Virus record (IMG/VR): IMGVR_UViG_3300032421_000009
Location: 1 to 42,497 of that record
From: a virus
Taxonomy: Duplodnaviria; Caudoviricetes
Direction: 5' to 3' (one strand)
Length of the DNA stretch: 42,497 bases
Position 1 is the stretch's first letter, and every line of letters starts with the position of its first letter. Below are positions 9,322-19,082 of the stretch, piece after piece. The notes beneath the pieces are model-generated. The model did not search any database and was not told where the DNA came from. It worked only from the letters and a program-made list of their open reading frames with translations. A program made the translations under genes and the position numbers.

Positions 9322-9873
9322 ATGACCGTCGCGCTCAACACGGGCGTGCCCTCGGCGCCGCTGGTCGATCCGGTCAGCGGGCAGGTCACGCCGGCCTGGC
9401 GCGCGTTTCTGCTGGCACTGTATCAGCGCACCGGCGGCGCAGTCGGGCAGTCGTCCGATACGTCCGAACTGGAGGCGCAGCTCGCGGCCGAGACGGCGGC
9501 GCGCAGCACGGCGGACACCGGGCTGGCGACCGGACTGGCGAGCGAGGCGGCAACACGCGCGGCGGCCGATACCACGCTGAACACCGCGGTGACCCGCGAG
9601 GCGACGCTGCGGGCGCGGGCCGACAGCAACGAGGCGACGGCGCGGCAGAATGCCGACGCGCTGCTGGTGCCCATCGCGCAGCTCTGCTCGATGTGGGCGG
9701 CGTGCGACCTGTCGTTCCTGCCGACAGCGGATCCTGGCAGCGGCATGCCCTGGCTCGACGGCATCCACATCGCGGTGGGCACGTCGTCGTCGAGCGTGGT
9801 CGGCATCGGAAAAGAGGATGGCACGGGGCGCTGGGGCCTGGAAGACGGCACGGGCGCATGGATCTGGGGCTAG
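9322..9873 (+). CDS. Tail needle-like coiled-coil protein (gp26-like, putative)
   Basis: PLVDPVSGQVTPAWRAFL motif and EAxxRxxAD trimeric coiled-coil repeats. Confidence 0.55.
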   Translation: MTVALNTGVPSAPLVDPVSGQVTPAWRAFLLALYQRTGGAVGQSSDTSELEAQLAAETAARSTADTGLATGLASEAATRAAADTTLNTAVTREATLRARADSNEATARQNADALLVPIAQLCSMWAACDLSFLPTADPGSGMPWLDGIHIAVGTSSSSVVGIGKEDGTGRWGLEDGTGAWIWG

Positions 9874-9882
9874 GAGGATACC

Positions 9883-10947
9883 ATAGCTGACACCAAAATC
9901 AGTGCGGGCGCAGATCCCGGCACGCTGACGGCGACCGACAAGCTGCCGCTGGCGCGCAGTGCGTCCACGACAGCCTACGCCGCGACGATGGCCGAGATCG
10001 CCAGCTACGCGAATACCGCCTACACGCCGAACTACAGCGCGGCGCCGCCGATGATGGACGGCACAGCAGCGCCTGGCGTGGCGGCAGCGGTCTCGCGCGG
10101 CGATCACATCCACCCGTCCGACCTTACCCGCGCGCCGCTGGCATCACCGACCTTCACCGGCACACCGGCTGCACCGACAGCAACGGCAGGCACCAACAGC
10201 ACACAGATCGCGACAACGGCCTATGTTCTGAATGCTGTTACAGGTGGAACCGCCGCCGCTATTCCAGGCGCCAGCTACGCCGACAACGGCGGATTCACCA
10301 TCAACCAGAGGGCCTATACGAGCGGTGCCGCGCTCACCGCCGGGAGCTATGGCCACGACCGATGGAAGGCCGGCGCGGGTGGCGCGACATACACGTTCGC
10401 CGCACCATCAGGGCCGTCCACCAGCATCACCATCACCGCCGGCACATTGCAGCAGATCATAGAAGGTGGCGCGCTCGCTGGCGGCACTTACACGCTGTCA
10501 TGGACCGGCACCGCGCAGGGGCGCATCGGCGCCGGGTCGTATGCTGCCTCGCCAGTCAGCGGCAGCGTTACAGCAGGAGCCAACACCACCATCGAGTTCA
10601 ACGCCGGCACATTGTCGCAAGTGAAGTTCGAGCTTGGGTCTTTGGCGACACCTTGGGTCGCGCTGTCGCCGCAGCAACAGCTCGCCGCCTGCCAGCGGTT
10701 CTATCAGACGCTAGGACAATATGTTGCTGGTTATGCAAGCGGTGCTGGATTGACCATAGCTGCATCGGTATCAATTCCAGTGGCTATGCGAACCATTCCA
10801 ACTGTCGTGATGACTGGTAGCGCGCCGCTAAATCTTAATAGCGTCACATCCGTTGCGGGTAGCGGGTTTTTATACACACAGGGAATAGCTGCCGCCGCAG
10901 GGCAATGGGCTATCAACGTCGGATATAACCTGTCGGCGGACCTCTGA
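9883..10947 (+). CDS. Tail fibre protein (probable ATA start)
   Basis: AGGAGG SD 5 nt before ATA-GCT-GAC-ACC-AAA-ATC (MADTKIS), in frame with the ATG at 9988; contains SRGDHIHP, APLASPTFTGTPAAPT and LAACQRFYQ fibre motifs. Confidence 0.78.
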   Translation: MADTKISAGADPGTLTATDKLPLARSASTTAYAATMAEIASYANTAYTPNYSAAPPMMDGTAAPGVAAAVSRGDHIHPSDLTRAPLASPTFTGTPAAPTATAGTNSTQIATTAYVLNAVTGGTAAAIPGASYADNGGFTINQRAYTSGAALTAGSYGHDRWKAGAGGATYTFAAPSGPSTSITITAGTLQQIIEGGALAGGTYTLSWTGTAQGRIGAGSYAASPVSGSVTAGANTTIEFNAGTLSQVKFELGSLATPWVALSPQQQLAACQRFYQTLGQYVAGYASGAGLTIAASVSIPVAMRTIPTVVMTGSAPLNLNSVTSVAGSGFLYTQGIAAAAGQWAINVGYNLSADL

Positions 10948-10955
10948 GGCAACCC

Positions 10956-11273
10956 ATGGACCTTGTATATACAAACGCAGAGCAGACCTCGATCCAGGCG
11001 ACGCTGGACGACAAGGAGAGCCTCGGCAATCTCACCGGCCCTGGCGTGTTCTACGTGCCTACTGATCCGGCGAATGCCGAATACGCCGAGATCGTCGAGC
11101 AGGGTTACAAGGTCGAGCCATACGTGCCGCCGCCGGAGCCAGTGCCGGAGGCCGTGGACCTGCCGCCGGTGATGCCGACCGACCCGACGCATGCCACGCC
11201 CAAGGCATACGTCGACACCGAGATCGCGGCACTCGCCGCCCGCATCGAGACGCTGGAGGCCAGGCTCGGGTGA
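10956..11273 (+). CDS. Tail fibre-associated protein / chaperone
   Basis: VPTDPANAEYAEI motif; directly follows the fibre gene. Confidence 0.55.
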   Translation: MDLVYTNAEQTSIQATLDDKESLGNLTGPGVFYVPTDPANAEYAEIVEQGYKVEPYVPPPEPVPEAVDLPPVMPTDPTHATPKAYVDTEIAALAARIETLEARLG

Positions 11274-12109
11274 CACCGCCGCCCTTCGTCGTGCTCAGCC
11301 TGCCACGCAGCCGCTCCTACTGGCTGTCGCGGTATCTGAGCTACGGCGGCTGGCATTGCGGTCACGAGGAAATCCGCCACGCGCGGACGCTGAGCGATGT
11401 CAGGGCGTGGTTGGCCCGGCCGCGCACCGGCACAGCGGAAACTGCGGCAGGGCCGTTCTGGCGGCTTCTGAGACGCCTGGCGCCGCATACCAGGGTGGCC
11501 GTCGTGCGTCGCGACCCGGCCGCAGTGTTCAACAGCCTGTTGCGGCTCGGTCTGCCGTTCGATGCCGCGGTGATGGTGCGACAGTTGCGGCGGTTCGATG
11601 CCGCCCTGGACGAGATCGAGGCGCACTGGCCAGGGGCGCTGAGCGTTACATTCGACGGTCTGCGCGAGGAGGCGACGTGCGCCCAGGTGTTCGAGCGCTG
11701 CCTCGGATTGCCGCACGATCCGGCCTGGTGGGCTTCGCTGGCGCCGCAGAACCTGCAGGCGGACATCCATGCCGTGACACGGGATATGGTGAGCAATGGC
11801 CCGCTGATCGCGCATCTGCAACGCGGTATCGGCCGGCGTGACTATACGGCCCGGCTGGAGGTGCTGGACAATGGCCAGACCTTCGCGCATCTCGACGTGC
11901 ATCGTTGGACAGCGCGATCAGCCGCTGCGATGCGTCGGGATCTCGATGCGGTCATCGCGTGGCACAGCCCGATTTACGTCACGCAGACCGCGCACCCGCA
12001 TAACGACGATTTCGACAAATGGCGCAGGTTCGTGACCATGATGGGGTTTAAGTTCCGCAACACGGCACCGAATGGATGGTCCGTCTACGTGCTCGGTGAG
12101 CAGCACTGA
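11270..12109 (+). CDS. Sulfotransferase-like (P-loop) protein with a possible GNAT-like C-terminal part
   Basis: FVVLSLPRSRSYWL...HE resembles the PAPS-binding loop; also VVRRDP and VTFDGL motifs. Confidence 0.5.
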   Translation: MTPPPFVVLSLPRSRSYWLSRYLSYGGWHCGHEEIRHARTLSDVRAWLARPRTGTAETAAGPFWRLLRRLAPHTRVAVVRRDPAAVFNSLLRLGLPFDAAVMVRQLRRFDAALDEIEAHWPGALSVTFDGLREEATCAQVFERCLGLPHDPAWWASLAPQNLQADIHAVTRDMVSNGPLIAHLQRGIGRRDYTARLEVLDNGQTFAHLDVHRWTARSAAAMRRDLDAVIAWHSPIYVTQTAHPHNDDFDKWRRFVTMMGFKFRNTAPNGWSVYVLGEQH

Positions 12110-12657
12110 TGCGGCATTTTGTCCGCATCGCTGACGGCATCGACACACTGCCGCTACAGCTTGAACTGACGCGCAACGAGGCTCTGTGGGATGCGCTGCC
12201 GACGCGCAGACTTTATGAGGGCACGCCACACGGCGCGATGACCGACATCTATGCGCGGTATATGCCAGAGGCCGAGCTTACGGACCTCGCCGTGCGCAGG
12301 CGTGAGCATCGCAATGTCTGGTGGCCGGCATGGCACGCACTGCCCGCATTACGGCCGCTGGTGTTCGGGCTGATGGCGCGGGTGCAGGCGGTGGAACTGG
12401 GCAGCGTCCTGCTGACGCGGCTGCCGCCTGGTGGCGAGATCCTGCCGCACTCGGACGCAGGATCATGGGCGCCGGAATGGTATAACGCTAAGTGTCATCT
12501 CACGGTGTCCGGCTCGGCTCTTGTGACCTGCGAGGACGAGGTGTGCCGGTTTGATACCGGGCAGATCTGGACGTTCGACAACCTGAAGATACACGCCATC
12601 GCTAATGATGGTGATGTTGACCGGGTTGTTGTCATCGTGTCGATGCGCGCGGAATGA
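12109..12657 (+). CDS. Aspartyl/asparaginyl beta-hydroxylase-family 2OG-Fe(II) dioxygenase
   Basis: LPPGGEILPHSD...FDNLKIHAIANDGDVDRVVVIV (HxD...H...R). Confidence 0.82.
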   Translation: MRHFVRIADGIDTLPLQLELTRNEALWDALPTRRLYEGTPHGAMTDIYARYMPEAELTDLAVRRREHRNVWWPAWHALPALRPLVFGLMARVQAVELGSVLLTRLPPGGEILPHSDAGSWAPEWYNAKCHLTVSGSALVTCEDEVCRFDTGQIWTFDNLKIHAIANDGDVDRVVVIVSMRAE

Positions 12658-12675
12658 ACTGAACAGGAGGGTGTA

Positions 12676-13464
12676 ATGCCGGCTGGATGGGTGGCAGCGG
12701 GTGCGGGCGCGCTGTCCGCAGGCTCGCAGTTGATGGGCGCCGGCAAGTCAGCCGGTGGGGCGAAGGATGCCGCGAACCTGCAGAAGATGCAGTACCTGAT
12801 GACGCGGCAGGACTTGAGTCCGTTCACCGCAGCAGGTGCGAGCGCATTGCCGGGGCTGGCGACACTGGCGAGCAGCGGGCCTACGGGTGGCGGGCCGAAT
12901 TATCTGGATCTCGCCTATAACCAATACCTGCCGCCACGGATGACGCAGGCGGAGTTGGAGCAGACGCCGGGTTATCAGTTTCAGCTCCAGCAGGGGTTGA
13001 AACAGACGCAGAGCGCAGCAGCGGCGCGAGGGCTTGGTGTGTCAGGTGCGAGCCTCAAGGGTGCGGCTGAGTTTGTGACGGGGCTGGCGGACAAGAACTA
13101 TCAGAACCAGTTCGCCAACGCGCAGACGCGGTTCAAAGACGTACTGGAGATGAGCACCGGGCAGCAGAACGTCCTCAACAGCCAGTTCAAGCGGCTATAT
13201 GACACGGCTGCGCTCGGTGAGAGCGCCGCGGCTGGGCTGGGTAGGGAGGGTACGACAGCGGCATCAAACGCCGGCAGTGCGCTGACGACGGCGGGGGGAG
13301 CGGAGGCGGCGGGACTGACCGGCGCCAGCAACGCGCTGAACCAGGGCGTGCAGAATTACCTGAGCTACGACGCGTTCAAGAACTACTCGAACCCGCAGAA
13401 CACGTACGGGACGCCAATCTACGGCTCCGGCGCCAACCCCAACATGCTGTGGTCGCAGCAGTAA
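12676..13464 (+). CDS. DNA ejection (pilot) protein, gp7-like
   Basis: G/A-rich N-terminus and TPGYQFQLQQG...SAAAARG..SGASLK motif. Confidence 0.72.
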   Translation: MPAGWVAAGAGALSAGSQLMGAGKSAGGAKDAANLQKMQYLMTRQDLSPFTAAGASALPGLATLASSGPTGGGPNYLDLAYNQYLPPRMTQAELEQTPGYQFQLQQGLKQTQSAAAARGLGVSGASLKGAAEFVTGLADKNYQNQFANAQTRFKDVLEMSTGQQNVLNSQFKRLYDTAALGESAAAGLGREGTTAASNAGSALTTAGGAEAAGLTGASNALNQGVQNYLSYDAFKNYSNPQNTYGTPIYGSGANPNMLWSQQ

Positions 13465-13480
13465 GAGAGGACCGCGCGCG

Positions 13481-15052
13481 ATGAGTGGCTCGAACTTCGG
13501 CCTGGCACCGCCGGTTGTCGTCAACCCGCTGCAGGCGCAGACCACGGCGCTCGATGCGGCGGGCAAGGTCTACGACCTGCGCGACAAGCAGGCGACCGAG
13601 GCGTGGGGCGCCGCTCTGCAGGCATCGACCGATGAGAACGGCAATGTGGATCTGCAGAAAGCGCAGCGGCTCGCATCGCAGAATCCGCTGGCACGGCAAG
13701 GCATGACGCGCACGCTGCTGAACACCTCGACGCTGGCCAACGAGCAGCAAACCCGCAATCTCAAGACCAACGAGGTGCTCGGGAATGCCGTTGGCGCGAC
13801 GCTGCAGCTTCCAGACGACCAACTGAAGCAGGCCGTGCTCGGCCAGGTCGAGCGACTTGTGGCGGGGCGCGTCATCACGCGCGAGCAGGCCAACGCATCA
13901 CTGATGCATATGTCATCCAATCCCACCGAACTGCGGCAGCAACTGGAGACGCTCCGCACCGGCCTGATGCCGAGCGGAGAGGCGACGACGCAGATCTCAG
14001 GCAGCCTTGGGACACAAACCGGGCTGGGCGGTCGCACCATTGGCACCGTGCAAAACCGGCGCACTGGTGCGGTGAGTTCTCCGGATCAGCCTGGCGCCCC
14101 CCAGGGTCTGTCAGCCGAGCAAGCCGCCGAACGCACAAGATGGCTGCAGTCGCCGAGAGACTATGCCGACCCGGCCAATCCCAATGTCCAGAAGCACGGC
14201 ACCAACGAGACCTTCCTGCGGGATAGCGGTGTGCCTGACCAATACATCTATCCCGGCGGTGCTCCGGCCTCACCTGGCTCGCAGGCATCGCCGTTCGGAA
14301 CCGGGCGGCCACCACCGGAACTGCTTAATCCCAAGAAGCCACCGGCGGCGCCAGCACCCGCCGCCTCGCCTACAGCGACCCCAGCCCCGTCGCCGGCAGG
14401 AACGGGGGTCAGTGGCCCGACGCCGCAGCAGACTGCGGAGGCAGAGGCGACCAAGGAACAAGGGAAGCTAGGCCCGCCGCTGTTCCAGAAGGAAGTAAAC
14501 GCGGGCGCCGAGGCGCAGATGCAACTGGCCAACTACGGCACCATGCTCTCCGACCTGACGAAATTCACCTCAGGTTCAGGCGCCGGCAAGACGCTCGACT
14601 GGAAGCGCGCGGCCGTCACATGGGCGCCGGGGCTAGCGAAGGCGCTCAACATCAAACCAGAAGAAGTCGCGGCACAGGAGAGCTTCGACAAGGTTGCGGC
14701 TCAGGTGGTGCAGGCGCAAAACCCAGGCAGCGACGGGCGCATGAACCTGAACATGGCGGCCACTCCACATTCGGCACAATCCCCAGAGGGCGTCGATTTC
14801 ATCATCCGCACGCTGCAGGGCAATGCCGATTACATCCGCGCCCGTGCCTCGCTCGCCGCTAATTACAAAGAGAAGGGGAATTACCCGGCCTTCCAGGAGA
14901 GCGTGAAGGATCTCGACCCGCGCGTGTTCCAGCTTGCGCGCATGACACAGCCACAGCGAGACAGCTACTGGAAGAGCCTGGACGACACGGTACAGAGCCA
15001 ACTCGGCGCAGCGATTCAGAAGGCCAAGGATCTGAAGGTCCTCGGTGGCTGA
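13481..15052 (+). CDS. DNA ejection protein, gp20-position
   Basis: Q/A-rich helical protein lying between the other two ejection genes. Confidence 0.6.
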   Translation: MSGSNFGLAPPVVVNPLQAQTTALDAAGKVYDLRDKQATEAWGAALQASTDENGNVDLQKAQRLASQNPLARQGMTRTLLNTSTLANEQQTRNLKTNEVLGNAVGATLQLPDDQLKQAVLGQVERLVAGRVITREQANASLMHMSSNPTELRQQLETLRTGLMPSGEATTQISGSLGTQTGLGGRTIGTVQNRRTGAVSSPDQPGAPQGLSAEQAAERTRWLQSPRDYADPANPNVQKHGTNETFLRDSGVPDQYIYPGGAPASPGSQASPFGTGRPPPELLNPKKPPAAPAPAASPTATPAPSPAGTGVSGPTPQQTAEAEATKEQGKLGPPLFQKEVNAGAEAQMQLANYGTMLSDLTKFTSGSGAGKTLDWKRAAVTWAPGLAKALNIKPEEVAAQESFDKVAAQVVQAQNPGSDGRMNLNMAATPHSAQSPEGVDFIIRTLQGNADYIRARASLAANYKEKGNYPAFQESVKDLDPRVFQLARMTQPQRDSYWKSLDDTVQSQLGAAIQKAKDLKVLGG

Positions 15053-17615
15053 CAACTACGACACGATCATCAACGACGCGGCGGCCGAGTGGAACCTCGA
15101 CCCGCGGCTGCTCAAGGCGCTGATCCTGCACGAGAGCGGCGGCAATCCAAATGCCGTCAGCAAGGCGGGCGCGCAAGGTCTCGGCCAGATCATGCCGGAA
15201 ACCCAGCGCCAGCTCGGCGTCACCGCGCCGTTCGATCCGGTGCATTCCATCTACGGCGCGGCGAAGTATCTGAATGAGGCGCTGGACAAGGAAGGCACGC
15301 CGGACAAGGCGCTGCTCTACTATCACGGCGGGCCGGGCTGGCGGCAGAGCTTCGGGCCGGAGAGCCGCGGCTATGTGCCGGCCGTCACGGCGCAATACGT
15401 GAAGCTGGCGCCGAAGCAGGACGCCGCGGCGCGCGTGCAGGTCGCGCAGGCGACGCCGACAGTCATGACCGATGCAGCGCCGGGAAAACCTATGGCCAGT
15501 GATGACGTGCTGAAGCTGCTGCCGCCGGCTCCGAAGGCTGGCGGTGCTGCGGCGCCCGTTCAGGCACCTAGCGGCGGCGCTGGGACGGGGCAGGAGGCCG
15601 CTCCAGGCGGTAGCCCGCTAGACCTGCTGCCACCGGCGCCGAAGCCGTCAGCGACGGCCACAGCGGCGGCGCCATCCGCGCCAACATCATACACAGATCC
15701 GGAAGGGCTTGGACGGCCTGAGATCAACCCTCTCGATGTGCCGGCGTCCTCGCCTGCTGCTGTCAGTCGTATCGGCCAGGCGGTCAGGGAAGGCTGGGAG
15801 GGCGGCCCATCCTTCCCGCGCGTGCCGTCTTCTTACGTGACAGCACCTATCTACAATCCGTTCATTACCACCGCAGAGACCGTGCTGAGCGGCGGTAACG
15901 CGCTGCTTCGTGGCGCTCAGCAGACCGCTGTGGAGGCGACGCCAGACATCCATCTGCCGTCGTTGCCGCCGGGTGTGACGATCCCGCTCGGTGGTGGGCG
16001 GCAGCTTTCCGGTGAGCTTACGCCCGGGTCGCTTGGGCGCGAGATCGCGGCATTACCGGAGGCGTTTCCGACTGGCGGAGCTGAGATGCGCGTGCCGGGT
16101 CGCCCGCCCCTTCCTGGCGAGCCACCACCGACGCCGCGGTTTGTGCAGGAATACTACGGCGAAGGCACCCCGACGAACCCGCTGGCAGCAGCCCCGCCAC
16201 CAGAGCGACCGGCCTTTGTGCCACCGGGCGTCAATGTCCAGGCCAGGCCAGTTGTCACACCGCCTGAGCAACCGCCCGCCTTCGTGCCGCCGGGTGAGGT
16301 GAAGGCTGGCGCAACGCCGGCCGCCGTCACCAAGGAAACGCCACTCGGTGCTACACCGGAAGGTGGCGGCCCGCAGCCGGTCGGTGCGCAGATCACGCCC
16401 ATTGTCGGCGAGTCGATGTTCAGCCCAAAGGAAGAGGCGGCATATCGCGCTACCGCGGAGGGGCAGAAGCTGCTGGAGCCGCAGATCCGCGGCGAGGTGG
16501 ACAACAACACTTACATTCCAGGCGTGGTCTCCAACACCGCCGAGATCGAGCAAACCGTCGAGGCTGCACGCGACATGAAGCAGCTCGGCATCCAGTCGCC
16601 AGCGGCGTCCCAGATGGCGCAGGATATGCAGCAGCGCAATATGGGTCTCCGTCGCGAGTATTCGCTGAACACCGAGAAATCACCGACCGACATCCATTTC
16701 CGTGAGCAACAGCGCGAAGCTGATCTGAACCAGCAGGCCGACCAAGTATTCGCTCCGACGAACATCAAGGGCGACGTGGCGATGCAGCCTCTGATAGATC
16801 ATATGCGAGCCGAGCTGGCGAAGCCGCGCAACGCCGAGAACAGCGCGCTGCAGGCGGAGTTCAAGGAACTGGAAAAAAGGCTGACCAACAAGGACGGCAC
16901 AGCCAGGACGATGGGGCCGGAGCAGGCGTGGTCGCTGCGTCAGGACATCGACAGGATGACCGACAAGCTGTCCACCACGGGAGACGACCTGCAAGCGCGG
17001 AACCGGCGGCGGGTGGCTCGGAACATCGACCAAGTGGCAGACGTGCTGGACACCGAGATCGAGAAGATGGCGCCCGGATACAACGAGATGAAAGCGACCT
17101 ATAGGGCGCACTCGGATGCCATCCGCGAGATGCAGGCGCTGCAAGGGATGACGCAAGCCATATCGACTGGACCGAATGGCAACCTGTCATTCGCGGCAAT
17201 GCAGCGGTTTATGAAGAAGGTCGTGCAGATGCGGATGACGGGATCGCAGGATCTGAACCCGTTCAAGGCTATTTCGGAAGAAACTATGCAACGGCTGTGG
17301 GCGCTGCGCGACGACCTGCGCCGGTCTGCCGGGGCACTGGAGTTGGCCCGCGCCGCCGGTAGCGATACCGCTGCGAACATGATCGACGTGCTGAAGCACT
17401 GGGGCAGGCTGGGTGGGCAGGGTGCCATGCATGCTGGTGCCTCCGCGCTATTCGGGCCAGCCGGTCCTGTGGCGATTCGGATGCTGCAGGAAGGGACGGC
17501 GCCGATGCGGGCAGCGCGGGCTGAGAGAAGGGCCGTGCAGGAGATGCAGACCCATCTCAATCCGAACATACCGATGCGGACGCCGCCAGGTCAGGAGAAC
17601 GCGATGGCTCGCTAG
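15045..17615 (+). CDS. Large ejection protein with N-terminal lytic transglycosylase (SLT) domain
   Basis: LKALILHESGGNPNAVSKAGAQGLGQIMPET...AAKYL...YHGG SLT motifs; 856 aa. Confidence 0.85.
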   Translation: MADNYDTIINDAAAEWNLDPRLLKALILHESGGNPNAVSKAGAQGLGQIMPETQRQLGVTAPFDPVHSIYGAAKYLNEALDKEGTPDKALLYYHGGPGWRQSFGPESRGYVPAVTAQYVKLAPKQDAAARVQVAQATPTVMTDAAPGKPMASDDVLKLLPPAPKAGGAAAPVQAPSGGAGTGQEAAPGGSPLDLLPPAPKPSATATAAAPSAPTSYTDPEGLGRPEINPLDVPASSPAAVSRIGQAVREGWEGGPSFPRVPSSYVTAPIYNPFITTAETVLSGGNALLRGAQQTAVEATPDIHLPSLPPGVTIPLGGGRQLSGELTPGSLGREIAALPEAFPTGGAEMRVPGRPPLPGEPPPTPRFVQEYYGEGTPTNPLAAAPPPERPAFVPPGVNVQARPVVTPPEQPPAFVPPGEVKAGATPAAVTKETPLGATPEGGGPQPVGAQITPIVGESMFSPKEEAAYRATAEGQKLLEPQIRGEVDNNTYIPGVVSNTAEIEQTVEAARDMKQLGIQSPAASQMAQDMQQRNMGLRREYSLNTEKSPTDIHFREQQREADLNQQADQVFAPTNIKGDVAMQPLIDHMRAELAKPRNAENSALQAEFKELEKRLTNKDGTARTMGPEQAWSLRQDIDRMTDKLSTTGDDLQARNRRRVARNIDQVADVLDTEIEKMAPGYNEMKATYRAHSDAIREMQALQGMTQAISTGPNGNLSFAAMQRFMKKVVQMRMTGSQDLNPFKAISEETMQRLWALRDDLRRSAGALELARAAGSDTAANMIDVLKHWGRLGGQGAMHAGASALFGPAGPVAIRMLQEGTAPMRAARAERRAVQEMQTHLNPNIPMRTPPGQENAMAR

Positions 17616-17869
17616 TAGGGCTGCAGCATCTGTCTGAACTGGTGGCGCCAGTAGTAAGTCGGCAGGCTTGCAACGAACCATCCGGCGACGAAGCCGAGCA
17701 CGATGCAGGCCAGTTCTGCGGCAGCACTCTTCCCGTGTTCTATGGCTAATCCGAGCAAGACAAAACCAGCGCCGAAGGCGAGGAATGTCACCACGCGGGC
17801 GAACCAGTGGCCGAGCAGCCAGAAATACAGCAGCGCGAGCGCAAGGCCGGCGCCAATCATCAGTTCCAT
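17612..17869 (-). CDS. Small multi-pass membrane protein
   Basis: About three hydrophobic segments starting at MELMIGAGL. Confidence 0.6.
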   Translation of the reverse strand: MELMIGAGLALALLYFWLLGHWFARVVTFLAFGAGFVLLGLAIEHGKSAAAELACIVLGFVAGWFVASLPTYYWRHQFRQMLQPY

Positions 17870-17870
17870 G

Positions 17871-18107
17871 TCAGTAGCCGCACTGCGTCTGATAACCCTG
17901 TCCTGGGATAAACACGGGGCGGCACCCTCTGGCATCCGTCTGCCACATGGTAATGGTTGGTGGCGACATCATGTTGGTTGGCGGCACCGGCGGTCCGGAT
18001 AGCTGCCACTCGGCATTCCCGGATGCGGAGTGCTGCTGCCAAGTCGTCTGCGCCATCGCTGGCGTTGCCGCGAGCAGGAGTGCCGCGGCGAGTGCTAGTC
18101 GGGTCAT
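17871..18107 (-). CDS. Small exported protein
   Basis: Signal peptide MTRLALAAALLLAATPAMA; C-terminal Cys pair. Confidence 0.6.
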   Translation of the reverse strand: MTRLALAAALLLAATPAMAQTTWQQHSASGNAEWQLSGPPVPPTNMMSPPTITMWQTDARGCRPVFIPGQGYQTQCGY

Positions 18108-18183
18108 AGTCGGTAAGTCCTTCATTGAATGTGCGGCGCGTGTGTCATCCAAAGCGCTGCGCCGCTGAACGCTCTAGTGTGGA

Positions 18184-18357
18184 TCATGTTAATATTCCGG
18201 CCCGCTCCAGCGCCTCTATGATGCGATGATAGTCGGCGCCGGTGTCATTCTCGACCATCGCCATTAGGCGCTCAGTCGAAATGTCCGGTTCGGCGTCCTC
18301 GATCATCTCCCAGATGGAGATGATCAGTTGGTCCCGTTCAGTTCGTGACATGCGCAT
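18184..18357 (-). CDS. Hypothetical protein (~57 aa)
   Basis: Protein-like 3' part of ORF 18184..18606. Confidence 0.5.
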   Translation of the reverse strand: MRMSRTERDQLIISIWEMIEDAEPDISTERLMAMVENDTGADYHRIIEALERAGILT

Positions 18358-18377
18358 TGTCGGTCTTCCCTGCCTGC

Positions 18378-18590
18378 CTAATGTGCCGGCTCGTCGATGA
18401 GGCCAAGCCGGCGCTCGATGCGCTCCAGCCGTCCGTCCAGCCGGTCCACTCGCAATGACACCGAGGCGAATTGTGCCTCCAGGGCGCCAACGCGCAGCCG
18501 CAGATCGGCGGTGTCCTCCAGCACGCGGCCAAGCATGTCGCGGATCTCGCGCAACCGGGCCAGCACCAGATTGTCGGGCGTCTCGCTCAT
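18378..18590 (-). CDS. Small coiled-coil protein
   Basis: PDNLVLARLREIR...RLDGRLERIERRLGL heptads; ATGA coupling. Confidence 0.7.
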   Translation of the reverse strand: MSETPDNLVLARLREIRDMLGRVLEDTADLRLRVGALEAQFASVSLRVDRLDGRLERIERRLGLIDEPAH

Positions 18591-18898
18591 TCGTCTGTCT
18601 CTTCATCCGTCGTGCAGGCGATGCCGTTGATGTTGCTCCACGAGCAGTCGCCGCCCTCGTCTTCCACCATTTCCAGCAGTGCCTTCGACGCCGGCATAAC
18701 GGTCATGCTGCTTTCGCGGGTCCAGGAACCCAGCTCGTCGGTGGCGTCATCGTCTTCGCCTAGCAGTTTGATGCCGTCGAGTTCCATGTTGGTGCGCATG
18801 TCGTCCCATGCGGCCTTATCGGTCGCGCCGTAGCCGTAGATCACGCCACTGTCGTCGTGGACGATGTAGCCGGCGGCGGTGATTTCTGTCGTTGTCAC
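18587..18898 (-). CDS. Hypothetical acidic protein
   Basis: Coupled ORF in the minus-strand operon. Confidence 0.6.
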   Translation of the reverse strand: MTTTEITAAGYIVHDDSGVIYGYGATDKAAWDDMRTNMELDGIKLLGEDDDATDELGSWTRESSMTVMPASKALLEMVEDEGGDCSWSNINGIACTTDEETDE

Positions 18899-19023
18899 TG
18901 GTCAATCCTCTTTTGGTCAATGATGCGGCGGATGAGATCGGCCACGGTGATGCCGAGCCTCTTCGCCTCGCGGCGCAGCCAAACCAACTGCGGTTCTGTC
19001 ATGGTCAGAGACATTCTTGCCAT
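18895..19023 (-). CDS. Ribbon-helix-helix (CopG/Arc-like) regulator
   Basis: MARMSLTMTEPQLVWLRREAKRLGITVADLIRRIID. Confidence 0.7.
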   Translation of the reverse strand: MARMSLTMTEPQLVWLRREAKRLGITVADLIRRIIDQKRIDQ

Positions 19024-19082
19024 GCACCCGATATGCACCACCGACGCACCAGCAGTCAACACAATAATGCAGGGGAAACCGC

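Noticed and set aside
9883-10947. Diversity-generating retroelement acting on the fibre tip
   Set aside because: No reverse transcriptase gene, and no TR/VR repeat pair was seen.
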